The notes under the pieces were generated by a model. It was not told where the DNA came from and ran no database searches. It was given only the letters and a program-made list of their open reading frames with translations. A program made the position numbers and the translations under genes. DNA of 64,000 nucleotides from Phallusia mammillata. Lineage: Eukaryota. Shown here in pieces: positions 32,877 to 45,800 of the stretch; the first letter of the stretch is position 1, and the number at the start of each line of letters is the position of its first letter. The stretch is taken from assembly GCA_965637545.1 (NCBI GenBank), contig OZ281494.1, positions 30,814,001-30,878,000 on the forward strand, written 5' to 3'.

Positions 32877-35438
32877 TTAGCGCCGTATGACAATCAAGTC
32901 GAATGGGTGTGGTCGCAACGTCACCAAGCTTTCTCCGTGCATGTCAATATTCTGTCCAGGTTTGAGTTGAAAGTTGAACCTCCGAAATAGTGCCACAGTT
33001 TGTATAAAATGCTCCATATTAGCTAACTGCTGACCGAGGCAACTTCTTGAACCAATACTGAACGGAATCACGTTCTGAGACTTGACAAACTGTCCATCGA
33101 CGTCCAGGTGTCGCTCAGGTCGAAAGAGATGAGGTTTTGGCCAAATGCTTGCGTTGTGGTGGACGGCCCAAATATTAGGTAGGACAATTGCACCCTTCTG
33201 TATCCGGTAGCCCATTAGAGATGCGTTTTCCGAAGCTACGTGTGGAACGGAGAGTGGTACGGGTGGCCGAATGCGCAGAACCTCCTGTAAACAACTGCAA
33301 TTTGCTGTTTTTGTTCGGCTAAAATTCCCACTTGATGAGAAAGAGAGAGGTTTTAAGGCGGAATGCTTTAATATTTGCACAATTGTTGGGGTATTGTTGA
33401 AAACAAATTATTAGTGTCACAGTAAACATACTACCGCTGCCCACAAGGTAATTATATGTACCGAAAATTTGCATTGAAACAAAATTTGGCTTTGTCAACA
33501 CTGCGTCCAAATCCATATTAAAACAGCATATGATTAGACCCAAAATTTAGTCTTGGAGTTTTTGAATTCAGTCGGCTTGACATTTAAACCTGTAAATTTA
33601 GCTTAAATATTTGGTAAATCTGACAAACCTGTAACACTGCTTTGACGTACGGCATTTTCTTGGACGTAGCCATTGTGGGAAGGCCGCTTTGTCCAATCAC
33701 AGAATCAATCTCTTTTTGTACTTTGAGCTGCACTTCCGGATACTGACACAGGAATAGGATTGTCCAGCAGATGGCGATAGAGGTGGTGTCCATAGCCGCC
33801 ATGAAAATGTCGCGAACCAGATGAATAAGCTGTTCTTCAGTAAAGGAGGTTGACTGTTCGGCATTGTTGTTGTTTTCTTGATTCTCATTGCTGTTGTTGT
33901 TATTGTTGTTATTGTTGGTTGACTGTTTCCCTGTGAACAAAAACTTTTTTGCCAGTCTATTCCTGTAGAAAAATACCGATGCTTTTTTGACACACTAACC
34001 TTTTTCCACTTTGTCCATCTCATCCAGAAAGCTGTCGATGAAGTCACGTGCCTCTGACGAAGCGTGGCGTGACGTAATGTGAGTGTCGAGCTCCTTTCGG
34101 ATCGAGTCATGTACAGAGTCACGAAGTCTAATACCTCTGGCGTGAACTTCATCGAACACCGGTAGATACTTCATGCGCGGCGCAAACATAATGACCCACG
34201 AGAGAACGGAGAACTTGTTCCGCTCCATCAGGGTATGCATTACTCTGCAAAATACAAGGATTAATCAGTAAAAAATACAAGCACTACTCCGGAAAATGAA
34301 ATTCAAACATTACTCTACAAGTCTACATAATACAAGGATTACTCAGCAAAACGTTCAAGAACTGCTATGAAAAAAATTATACCTTTGCTCAGCAAAACCC
34401 AAGAATTACTCTTGCAAGTACTATTGTGCAAAAAACTACAAGCATTACTCTGCAAACATAGATTTAGACGATTAATGATAATGAGCTGCATAAACTAAAC
34501 TTAAATGACGTAAAAGAGATTTAAAAACATGAGTAACTTTATTAAACCAAGCGTTATGAAGGAGAAATGGTTCAAAAGTATTCTTTTCAGACCACCAGAC
34601 AAGCATTGTACGAAAGTATAAACTTTTGACAGGTTTAATAAAGGGTCCTGTGTAGCTGTTTTGCAGTAGTTTAGTACTACAGTACCAAGATATTTTTCGA
34701 TAAACTTTCGTTTTCCACGAAAAGTGGTGGCACATACAACAAGCCTAAATATTTTCTGCGCCACAACTTAGTCAGGTACTGAACACAACCTAATGTTCAC
34801 CTGCAAATGGCTTCGCTGCTTTGTGATTTCTCGTGTCCGAACATAATTTGCGATACAACATCCGAAACTGTTTCCAGGACCATACGCTCGATGTTGAACG
34901 GCTCAGATCGCCCGTCGACACCACACAAGCTGTCCACGCGATCACACAACTCGTTAGCAATGTCAATCAATCGGGGCTCAAGGCTGCTGCGGCCCATGCC
35001 GAAATCTCGCAGTGTGTTGAGACCAAAGCGCCGCTGTTCGCGATGAAAATCCCCGCCGTTGATCAGGAGCATCCCGAGGTCCCCGTCGAAAACTGAGATG
35101 CAGTTCTGTAAGCGGTCACCAAAACTGCGCGACTTTGCAAAGGCTTCATTCATGGCTCCAACACTTCCAACTATTACCACGTCTTTAAGGCCGATCTTAA
35201 CTAAACATACGTCGCCGTATTTTCTACACCAACGAGTCATGGCTACTTCTGGGTGATTGCGCATGAACGGTATAACGCCGAGAAATGGAACACCACAAAA
35301 TCCCGGCGGACTGCCTTTGGGAGTTTGGTTCCACCAAAACCACACCACAGCGCAGAGAAGAATTCCTAATGCTACGGTGCTGCCGTAGGAGGAAACTGGC
35401 TCCAGGGAGGTAAGAAAAACCGAAGAGGCAGTCGACAT
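32877..35438 (-). CDS. Cytochrome P450, clan 2 (CYP2-like), copy A, about 530 aa, 4 coding exons
   Basis: Exons (-) 34801-35438, 34000-34244, 33629-33930, 32877-33284 (1593 nt). N-terminal TM plus PPG hinge, LRDFGMG, I-helix FMAAMDTTS, ExxR (EVLR), PERH, heme motif FSIGSRSCLG. Confidence 0.92.
34240..34455. repeat. Minisatellite (unit about ATTACTCTGCAAAATACAAG) in CYP-A intron 1, overlapping the acceptor
   Basis: Several degenerate copies; the first spans the intron/exon 2 junction at 34244/34245. Confidence 0.7.
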
Positions 35439-37364
35439 GATGGTTGATAAACAAAGTATAAATAAATAATGAAAAGAAAAGAAATCAAAATATATCTTTA
35501 GACCCTGAAAGAAGAAAATAATTAACACAAATTTAGATACATGTCAGTCTACAACAGTGGCTTAAAATTTACTAATTTACCTTCCAACACTAAGAAAATA
35601 CCCTACCTTCCTGCCAACTGCAACTAAGTGGACAAATCAACAACCCGTAAGTTACCAGTTGTTAAGGCCCGCACCCTCAAAGCAAACCAGTTTCGGTAAC
35701 CGCAACAAGGCCGACATTGAAGTGGTTTCAAATATTCGAAATATTTGCACTTTTTGTACATTACTCATTAACTTCCGGAAGGTCGGACGACGAACCACAC
35801 CTGATGATCATAAGTAAAGCAAACACTTTAAACCAAAGAGCATCAAATTGCGGCCTGCACGATTTGTTTCAAAACAATACCCTAATTAGGCCCGAAAGTT
35901 GGTGAAAGTCAGGCTTAAATCTAGTAGTTTTGTTGAAACTCAAAACTTTAGCCCGAATCTTACCAGAAAAAACTAAAAACTCTACTGCAAACAAATTTGC
36001 CTGTGTAATGAAACTACAATGTGGCAAGTTCTCTGAATTGAAAAGCTTTTGTTTTCTGCAACAAGGGAACTACCAGGTAAGCAAGACCTGAACTGCTATC
36101 AAGGCAGTGCGTTTCTTAGTTGTTAAATTCGCGTCGACAAGCGCTCTTGTTCAATCAAGCCAATTTGCGCCCGGCAATTTACACCTGCTGAAAACGCAGA
36201 AACTGCTGAAAACGCACACAAGTAAAATAATGATCCTTATTTACAACTGGTGTGCCATTCTGCCTTTCCTAATTATGTACAATCAAACAAGAAACTCTAA
36301 CAAATACATGAAACTGTTAAATTATCCATTTTTGAACATTGTTGTATCTTGATGATTCTGACTTGAGGCATCATAATGCGGTGTTGCATTGAAAATTTGC
36401 CCAAACTCGCCAAGTTTTAGGATCGATGGGTGACAAAGACATTTGATCATTGTACACTGACTTCAAAACGAATACCCGGTTCGCTTCGGTTTGGTTAACA
36501 TATAGCCTGAGCAAACAGCTGGGAATTTCCTACGAGTGAACGCAATTAAGTTTATTGTTTATTGCGACAAGCAAGTTCACGAGTGTCCTATGAACTTGAG
36601 TGTTGCACTCGTGACCGCCAACCTTAATTTCCAATCAGAAAACTTCTTAGAAATTGTTAATTGCTGCTGCGGGCAAAAGTAATCAATATAAAATTTTCCA
36701 GGAACACCCGGTGTGTAAATAGAAGCTTATGTGTGCTGCCCTAATGTTCAGAAGAGCGCTTTGCAAAGAATGTTCAGCGTTAGTACGTCAATGTGCAACA
36801 AACAAACTCTAAAAAGGTTCTGTGTTTGCAAACAAATGGTGTGAGACGGCTTTTTTCAAGGGTGTGAGTGACTTATGTAGTTTACTTGCTGTTCATTAAA
36901 CAACTTACTCTTACTTTGTCCCTTGAGTTTAAAAGTTTTTTATCCCCCCTAAAGTGAAATTTGTTACATAGTTTCTTCCGAAATTTGTTGCAACGTTTGC
37001 TCCCTAAATTTCAAAGGGATGTGTTAGCAGACAATGGTGTGAGACGGTTTTCTCAAGTTTGGGTGTCTCAAAACAATTTAATTGTGTGCTAACCACTAAA
37101 ACAAAAATTTGGTTTGAACAGAAGGTAGTGAGAAAGGGCGCAAAATACATTCGGAGACTCCCATATTGTTTTGCACCAGACACACCTACTTTTTGTACAA
37201 TGAGGCGTATCCTACTACAGCAAACCACGGCTATTGACGGCACGTTGTCTCCTAGTCTAAAGCCCAAAGCTCTTCTTCGGTTAGAGGTTACTCGAGCACC
37301 TAACCCACAGTAACCCCTGTTACTTGTGTTTTTGCTTTCGGGCGGTTTCGGCTCTCGAGCGCGC

Positions 37365-37381
37365 AGGTCAGGTCACGTGAC
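37365..37381. promoter_or_regulatory. Overlapping AGGTCA half-sites and palindromic GTCACGTGAC E-box upstream of CYP-B
   Basis: Sequence AGGTCAGGTCACGTGAC in a GC-richer patch; function inferred only. Confidence 0.35.
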
Positions 37382-37953
37382 AATTGTTGATCAAAAAAGT
37401 CTGAAGCGGTCGTTTCGGCTTTCTTAAAAGTCGACGCTCGTGGAATTACCCGCTGCAATCGGGTTTTGCTGCCACTAGGACGCTTTCAAATCTATAACAG
37501 ATATTGGGCTATTGTCATTGTGGAAAACAAATCCGTTTGGATTTGGATAGTTTACATTACATATTTTTTGAGGTATTGGTTTTTTTTAACGTACAAGGAA
37601 AAAGTGCTTAGGCGACATTTTAGGTGTTTTGTATTAAAGTTGACGTAGATAAGGCACAATAAAAAGGCAAAATATTGTAAAATTCTAAATATCGTTGAAG
37701 CTATATACGTAGCGTTTAAGAAAGAGTTTTTTTTGCCGCTACATTCGCCAATTGCACCTTGTTTGTCAGTATACTATATCTAAAGGTATCTTTCCGAGTT
37801 GAATAAATGTGCAATATGGAGTATCCTGATGATGTAGCTGCGTTTATTATGGTTGTAAAATACCCCTGCTGCTACTACGAGGCTAATTGTCACCAATATT
37901 GCTTTTTTGTTAATGTGACAGGATCTGTAAACAGTAACACACGCAAGACTACA

Positions 37954-40136
37954 ATGGCTATGGATTCTGAAACCTATTTTTCGTCTTTTGCAAAACCTTT
38001 TATTGACGCCACTATTCTGCTTTGTTTGATTGGCTACGTGGCTTGGCATTTGTGGAGCAAAAAGCACCCCGCTAGCCCCCCTGGCTCAAGGGGGCTACCA
38101 TTGCTAGGGTGCATCACCTCCCTGCGCGCGTACCCCGAAAGGGTGATGGCCAAGTGGAGTCAGAAGTACGGGCCCGTGTGTATGGTTAAAATGGGTTTGA
38201 TGGATGTTGTGATTTTGGGAAGCGTCGAAGCCGCAAACGAAGCTTTTGCAAAGTCCAGCAGTTTTGCCGACCGACCTTCCAACGCGGTGTCTCTTTTCTC
38301 GAGCAAGTACGGAGTTTTGTTTCTACAAAGCGGGAAATTTCATACCGAACAGCGGCGCTTCGGTCTCAACAAGCTTAGAGAGTTTGGCATGGGCAAACGT
38401 AAGCTGGAACCGACTTTAATTGAGATCTCAAACGAACTCTGTGATAGGTTAGACTCGATCTGTGATCAAAACGGCGGGGTTTCAGCTCCTATTGCAATGG
38501 AATATTTAATGTACGACACAATTTCGAATATCATTTCGCATATGGTGTTCGGCTATAAGGTCGCTGAGGAGAAGGAAGAATTCCAGAAAGTTCTCCGGGA
38601 AATGGTGGAGCCGAGCAAGCTCCACGTCCTCCATGCGATCATGTTCATTGCCCCGTTCCTGCAGCGCCTCCCAGTGTTTAATTACACGAGACGCAAGGAA
38701 GACTTGTTCCGCAACAAGCTTCACCGCTTGATGGCAGTGGAGATCGACGAGCACATTAGAACACGTGACCCTGGAAATCCACGTGACTTTGTCGATTGCT
38801 TCCTTGATGAGATGGAAAAAGCAGAACGACAACAGGCCAATGGTACGAGTGTCAATGATGTTGAAACTGTGAAAATACTCGAGCGAAGTTTCAAGGTTTT
38901 TGTAACAGATTCAGAATATATTAATGTAAATAAACTAAAACAGTGCTGAATTCCACAAGCTAAAAGATGTTTTATCCAACTTATAGGCTCATAGATTTAT
39001 CGTTGCATCTTAAATTTTATCAGCTATTTTAAGAATAAAAATATTAAAAAAACGCTCTTCCACAACATTTTCACTACTTCAGGATTGCCCTTTACGCCCT
39101 TATTTTGATGTTATTCGTTTACAATTACTCAAAGTCGTTATTTCTTATTACACAGAAAACAAAAGTAGACCTCAAAATGAGAATAACAACAGCATAAAGG
39201 AGGATGATCATGATGAATCATCTCATCAGGGTGAGTGGCGTCCTCTTTCTTCTTTTTCCCGCGATCAGTTGATCCACATCACTAAGGACCTATTCATGGC
39301 CGCCACGGATACCACATCCGTTACCACCCTGTGGATGATTACTTTCCTCTGTAAACATCCGGACATTCAAGATAAAGTCCAAAAGGAGTTAGAAAGCGTA
39401 TATGGGCAGAGTGGTATCATTACGATGCGGCTTATGGATAAGCTTCCTTACTTCAGAGCAACCCTGCAGGTACAGTTTTGAAACTAAAACCACTAGATCC
39501 TCTGCATTGTTATGCTTTTTTTGGTTTAAACATTAGGACTTTGTAAAGCCTATCTTGGTGCAATAGTTTTGGAATTTGCTAAAGAAAACAAAATTTGGCC
39601 TGTTTTTTTTATCCGAAGGTTTTTAGTGATCTATTGCAAGCACTTTTATGGACTATTTAATTTTCAGTAATGTATTGGTCGCTAATACCAATCTTAAAAA
39701 AAAACGTTGCACTATTTTGCTTCAGGAAATCACAAGGTGTCGCCCCGCTGTTCCACTGAGTCTTCCGCACATTGCATCCAAAACTGATTATCTGATGGGT
39801 TACCGAATTCCAAAAGGAACCACCTTGCTAACGAATCTATTCGGTATTCACCACGACCCCAAAATATGGCCTGAACCAGAACTTTTCAAGCCAGAGCGCC
39901 ACTTGGATGCTGCCGGTTGTTTTGTCAAGTCTCCCAACGTGATTCCGTTCAACGTCGGCACTCGTAGTTGTCTCGGTCAGCAGCTTGCCAAGATGCAGCT
40001 CTTCACGGTTTCTGCTACTCTTCTGCGCAAATTTCGCTTTGCACTGAAGGCTGGGGAAAATCCGGATATGAGAGGTGTCAGCATGGTCAGTTTGCGGCCC
40101 CCGGCCTGTGAAATGGTCATTTCAAAGCGTTTTTGA
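37954..40136 (+). CDS. Cytochrome P450, clan 2 (CYP2-like), copy B, about 537 aa, 3 coding exons
   Basis: Exons 37954-38842, 39156-39469, 39726-40136 (1614 nt). TM plus PPG hinge, LREFGMG, PRDFVDCFLDEM, FMAATDTTS, EITR, PERH, FNVGTRSCLG. The start Met (37954 vs 37960) is uncertain. Confidence 0.92.
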
Positions 40137-42845
40137 ATTTATCGTTCATTCAGCTTTTGTGTGAGTTGTGAGCGTTTGAAGATTGTGCGTTATTACATCC
40201 GAGTATATAGGCTGTGCCTTGATTAGTCATTGGAATCTGTTCGCAGGCTTGGTTTTAAGTTCCGTTTATTGGTAAAGCGAAACAAAGTTATTGCTTCGTG
40301 ATGATTTTTGTGAAGTTCATTTATTATTTCATCGCGCGATCCGTTAAATTATTTTGCTGTTTCTTGATTCTTTTTCTAGCTATTATCTGTTGCAGCGATT
40401 GTTTTCGTGTAGCATTTGTCAGCTAAACCCGTATTTGGGATAACTTAAGAAAATTGTCGAGTGTTATCTATGATGAATTGATCCACACTTGAAGTTATAA
40501 TGCTGTACGCCCTCTTTGTGGTCTTGCATACGCTACAATTTTAACATATATTTTATGCATTTTGCTGCAAAATGATTAAAAATGAAAAGTGTTGAATGCC
40601 TATACAATCGATTTTAAGATAATGCACGAGATTTGGCCAGTTTTTGCTAATTGGGTTTCGTTGCATTGAACAGAGAACTTTAACTGTAACCGATAAACTC
40701 GGGGTAAAGTATCACCTTTACCCGGGAGGCAAACAATAAGCCGTGAAGTTATTGGAACTCGGTAACTTTGCTGATATAGGTCGTTCAAATACATCAGGAT
40801 TACTGGAAATAATCTGGGCCATCAGCCAAGTGAACTTATGGTCTGAGCTTGATTCGATTGTCGAGCTTAATACTTTCACAAAGCAGTTTAAATTATTATA
40901 ATTGGATTTGAAAATGATTCATGTATATTCGAGGTAAAGAATGGTGCCTATATACAAAGGCACACAAAGCAAAATAACAATGACCATATATGGCCAAATA
41001 ATTGGAACAGCTTTTACCTATGATAGAAGGAGCGCGAAAAATGATTTTATCCTCAAAGCGGAAGTTAAAAATGGAACTAAACTTTACTTCGAATCTTACA
41101 ACAGGCTATTTATCTGCTTAACAACTCAGCAATTACTTGCATTGTAATGAAAGCTCTATTTAAAAACTTTACAATGCGCCTTTTTAACATGACTTTATCA
41201 GAGGTTACGTTAGGTCAGTTTCACTTCAACTTTTGGTCATTTGGCATCGCTTGTAGGAACAAAATGTTTGCTCACAGAGATATAAAACGGCAAGAGCAAA
41301 CAAGATGGGGAATGATGTAATGGTAATGTTCGGAATTCTGTTGACGCAAGTTGTTTGGCTTTGTATGCTTCCGGTCGAGTTAGAGAAGTGTGAAATAATT
41401 CTGATACTATAGTTGAATTGTTCCATATAAATCGACATGCTTATGTGGGATAAAAAAATTCAACAGAACTTTCAACAGTTTTTGGGGAAATTAAAATTGA
41501 CTTATCTGGTTTGGTTCTCGTTGTGTTCACAATGACTTGTACACATGCTAGCGACGAACTGTTAACAAGGTCGCAATGAACTTAATTGGACTTTATTTTC
41601 GCAACAGTTTCGTGGGACAAGTTTGGTACGAAAAACATGTCGATAAATTTGATCTTACACACTGCCTTTGCAGGGTAAACGTGAAAAATCAATTTGAGAA
41701 CCCAAGTGTGTTCTTCGGTAAAAAAAAACGGGTCGTTAAATTACTAGATTTCACTGATGATGCTTTTGCAAAATAGTTCAGACGAAATGGCAATAAAGGC
41801 TTATAGTCAAAGCCCGATTAGTTAGGAAACCAGATCACAGTAATATTGCATACTCGTCGCAGCTCCTGTAATATAATTTACTTCGCAGCTCTTGTGCATT
41901 GAATGGGCCCCAAGACACGGTCAATTGAAATGGCTATCTCATACCAATTTTTCTAGAAACGTCATAAAGTACAACTGTGTCCAAACGCAGAACTTTCAGA
42001 AAAAGAATTCAGCAGTTATTTGCTGAAACCGTATTGCTTGCTAAAGGGTAACCACAAACGCAAGCACTGATGGTAAATACCGCAATATGCTTTAATGCGT
42101 TTCGTAACCTTGTGTTGATTAACCGATTCCTGAAAGTTACGTGTGTTGTTTGAAAATCCGAAGGTCACTTTCTCGTTTTCAAGGCCGCAGCTGGTTTTTG
42201 CGAGAAAATTGCCGCAACTACTTTCGAAATATATGTCAAAGTGCAAGTGAATTGTGTGTATTGCAAAGGTTGTCAGAGATTGATAACGCTACGAACACAA
42301 TATATAAACCTAACGATTAAATTTAAATAAAAAATGTTAGCTGTTGTATGAATGCAACATTAAGGGTTTGGATTAAACGAACTGCAGCTAAAAACACTAA
42401 ACAAGGACCGTCCCATGGTAGATTCTTTATATTTCTCTTAGTAGAAGCCGTTGGTAAAGTTAAAACCAATATAGCCACCGACTATAGCAAAATGGTTGTG
42501 CACCCCTGCTTCAAAGTAAACCACTGTATGGTCCACAATGTGTATCAAGAGAGAAATGAGCGTTGTTATGCTATCTTGAAAATTGTCGTAAACATGTGAG
42601 CACAAAGTTTGGAGAAAATACGTCAAACTGATGCAACAAATCAACTCATCTCGTTTTTAGCTGAAATGAACAAGCGCAAGCAAGCATTAAAGCGCACAGA
42701 TGCGCCAAAATAGCAGAACGAATCATTCGCATTTCTATGCAACTAATTTCTTTAAAATTTCGAAACAACTGTGTGAAATAAAATCGTTTCTTTAAAGTGC
42801 GACCCACAGGCATGACACCATGACTCAGTACAACAGAACCGTGAC

Positions 42846-45800
42846 TCAGCAAATTTGACGCTGTCGGACGCGCTTTGCGTAGTTGTAGAAGAAGAGCGTA
42901 AAACGAGCGATCATGCCGACCGCACTGAGAGCCACCAGACACGCCGAGAGAATGGGATTCTGTCTTCCTACTGATCCGTACCAGTTGCGGATAAAAAGTC
43001 CACTGGTTGCGAAGAGAAGCGCCGGGAAGATGCTAAGCGTAAAGCGGCAGTAACGTTCGAAGACGAAGTTCTCCAGCATGAAGTAGACTATTACAGCCAC
43101 TATGAGGATGGAAAGCATGATGGTGCCTGAAGTTTCAGCGGAAATGAAACCTGCAAATAGAGATCTGGTAATTGTAGGTCTTGATGTGTGTTTAGAATCG
43201 TGCGTCCAGTATTATTTGCACTTTGTACTTATTAACTTTCTGAAGGCCGCACGTCCACACCTAATGATCGCAGTTTAAACAAGTACTACAAACAACTCTG
43301 TGTGTGAATAACTCTACAGAAAAAAATAGCCCCAATAAAAAGTTTCGACGCAAAAAGTTAGAATACTTCATTCCATTGAAATTTCATTTCATTTTACAGG
43401 CAGAATCAAATTGAAAAAAAATCTACTCATTAGTGTGCACAAAAATCTACAAAATGTATGTTTTTATGGGGGGAAGTCAATTTGAAGTTTTGTGTGCAGG
43501 AATTTTTCTCCCTTTATACCAGCGGTTCTCAACCAGTGGGCCATGGAAGCATTTTGATTGGGCCACAGACCAATCAAATAGAAAGCATTTTTTAAGAATT
43601 TTCATTTGTGTCACTACACTCAATTTTACAAGAATAATGGCTTGGGGAGGAATTGAGAAGGAATGTAAATTATTTTGAATTATTCTATTTACGGTATAAA
43701 GTTACTTTGAGTTTCTGCAACCCCGTATGTTTATGATGTAATAAACTACTTTGTGATTACAATAAAGCCAGATAATAGCAGAATATCAATTGTCCAATTA
43801 TTCGGTCATACCTGAAAGTGCTTGATTAAAGAAGGGAAAGTGCTGTTTTATGATTTTTCGCATTAACATATTTTGAACTTATTATGTGTTTGAAATATGT
43901 CCTGCAGTTTTTTTTGTTCTGAACCTACTTTATAGTTGTTTCTTTCTTTCATAAAAATTTACTGGGCCACAGAATTTTTGTGCAATGAAAGTGGGCCACG
44001 AAAGAAAAAAGGTTGAGAACCACTGTTTTATACCTTAGTTACTTTTCTTTATTCTTTGTTGTTTGCATTCGACAACTTTGTGCACTTACCCCTTTCGCGT
44101 GGAATCGTGACGCCAGGACTGTCGTAGTAAACGAGCACGACGTTAAGGTTAAGCAAAGTTGCAGCAGCAATCCAAGTTCCAAATATTCCAAGTCCGTTGT
44201 GAATAAGAATGCGGACCAGGTAGAGATTAACTGGAGAAAAACGAAAATACAAACTTAAAAATAAAAAAAACTTTGTTTGCAGCGATGGTACTTGTTTATA
44301 ATCAAAGATGTATTTAGGGAACTACTTAATGTATTTCATAATTAAATCGTTGATTAAACTGAATATAGGTTTTACATCTTAAGGTCAACACGTTGCCGAC
44401 AAAAAATGCTTGGGGGCCCGAAACTGCATCCCCAAAACAATCGACTGTGCCGGGTGTATGGCTTTCATTCAAATTACGTTAAACGACATAAAGGTTGTGC
44501 TGGGTTGCGGTTTACCTAATCAGTTTAAAAAACTAGAACTTTTGGCTTGTGCAAGTTTGCGGCCACTGCGGTTTTGTTGCGGGAAAAATGCGTCAACAAA
44601 CGGACATTTTGTTCCCATGGTCCGAACTGGCTGACCTTTAAAATGCAGAGCATAGCGCCGTCACGGCATAATTTTGTTGCGGTTAACAGAGGATTAGCCG
44701 GGGACCTTTTCTCCTTAACCAAACGCCCCAGTTAACCAATACTGACATTGCTCAGTGCTGTCATCTGGTGGATAGGTACCGTAGATCAGGGCTTCTCAAA
44801 CTGTGGGTCGCCACCCCAATTGGGGTCGCGTAATATAATTTTGGGGTCGCGAAACTTTATGGGTTATTATGTCACAATACAAGGTATACGTTCGTACATT
44901 TATTGTTTAAATATCATTCCCGTGTATCCAAACTGCTCTAAACACATTTTGCAGAACTTAAAAGAGTATTACCAGCCTAATAGTAGTCATATGCTCCAGA
45001 CTTTTTTATGTCTATTGTGTGCAAACAATGCGAAAAAACAGATACCACAAGCGACACAATAGATTATGACGTCATAAAAACTAAGGCTGTCAATCTGTGT
45101 ATCAAGTTAGTAATTAATTTGGGCTTTTTAGGCGCCATTAGATGGTATATATATCAAATATAAGTATTTCTTTACATCATATCTATCAAGGGGTCGCGTA
45201 GAAATTTATGTTCTAAAATGGGGTCGCAGAACAAGTAAGTTTGAGTAGCCCTGCCGTAGATGACACAGAGGTAAGGAATTAACTACATGAAGGTTTGAGA
45301 TTACCTTTCAAACTCTATAAGCCAATACTGAGCCCAATATCTTTATGTACGAAAACTGCGATTTGTGTAGTATTTTTGTTAAGGTACATACAGATTCGAA
45401 CCGGTCGAAAATCTTTACTGCTTTACGTAAAAATGGAAAAAATCTTTACTTAAAAAAGACTACATGTAAATATGCAAAACAGATCTGCATTTAATCTTTC
45501 GCGAAAATGTTCAAATGTTAGTTAATCTGTATGGAAAACACTTTGACTGGTTTATACCTTTATGTTGATGTTTGAGATAAGAAACTTCCTTTAGAATAGC
45601 TCGATATGACACCACTAGACAGGTTATCACGGCGACTGTGGAAGTAGCGAGCAAAACAAACGACAATTCGAATATTTCCCGGTCGAATGAGAAAAGCCAA
45701 CCGACGATGCAGGCGAATGCCAACATCCACGAGTAGAAGAAAGTCTAAATATGAAACAAGGTCTCGATTTATTGACATACAAAAGTGGCTAAGCGTCGTA

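Noticed and set aside
39231-39268. Intron-like stretch GTGAGT..TTTTTCCCGCGATCAG inside CYP-B exon 2
   Set aside because: Removing 38 nt would shift the frame before the I-helix; the unspliced sequence reads through in frame.
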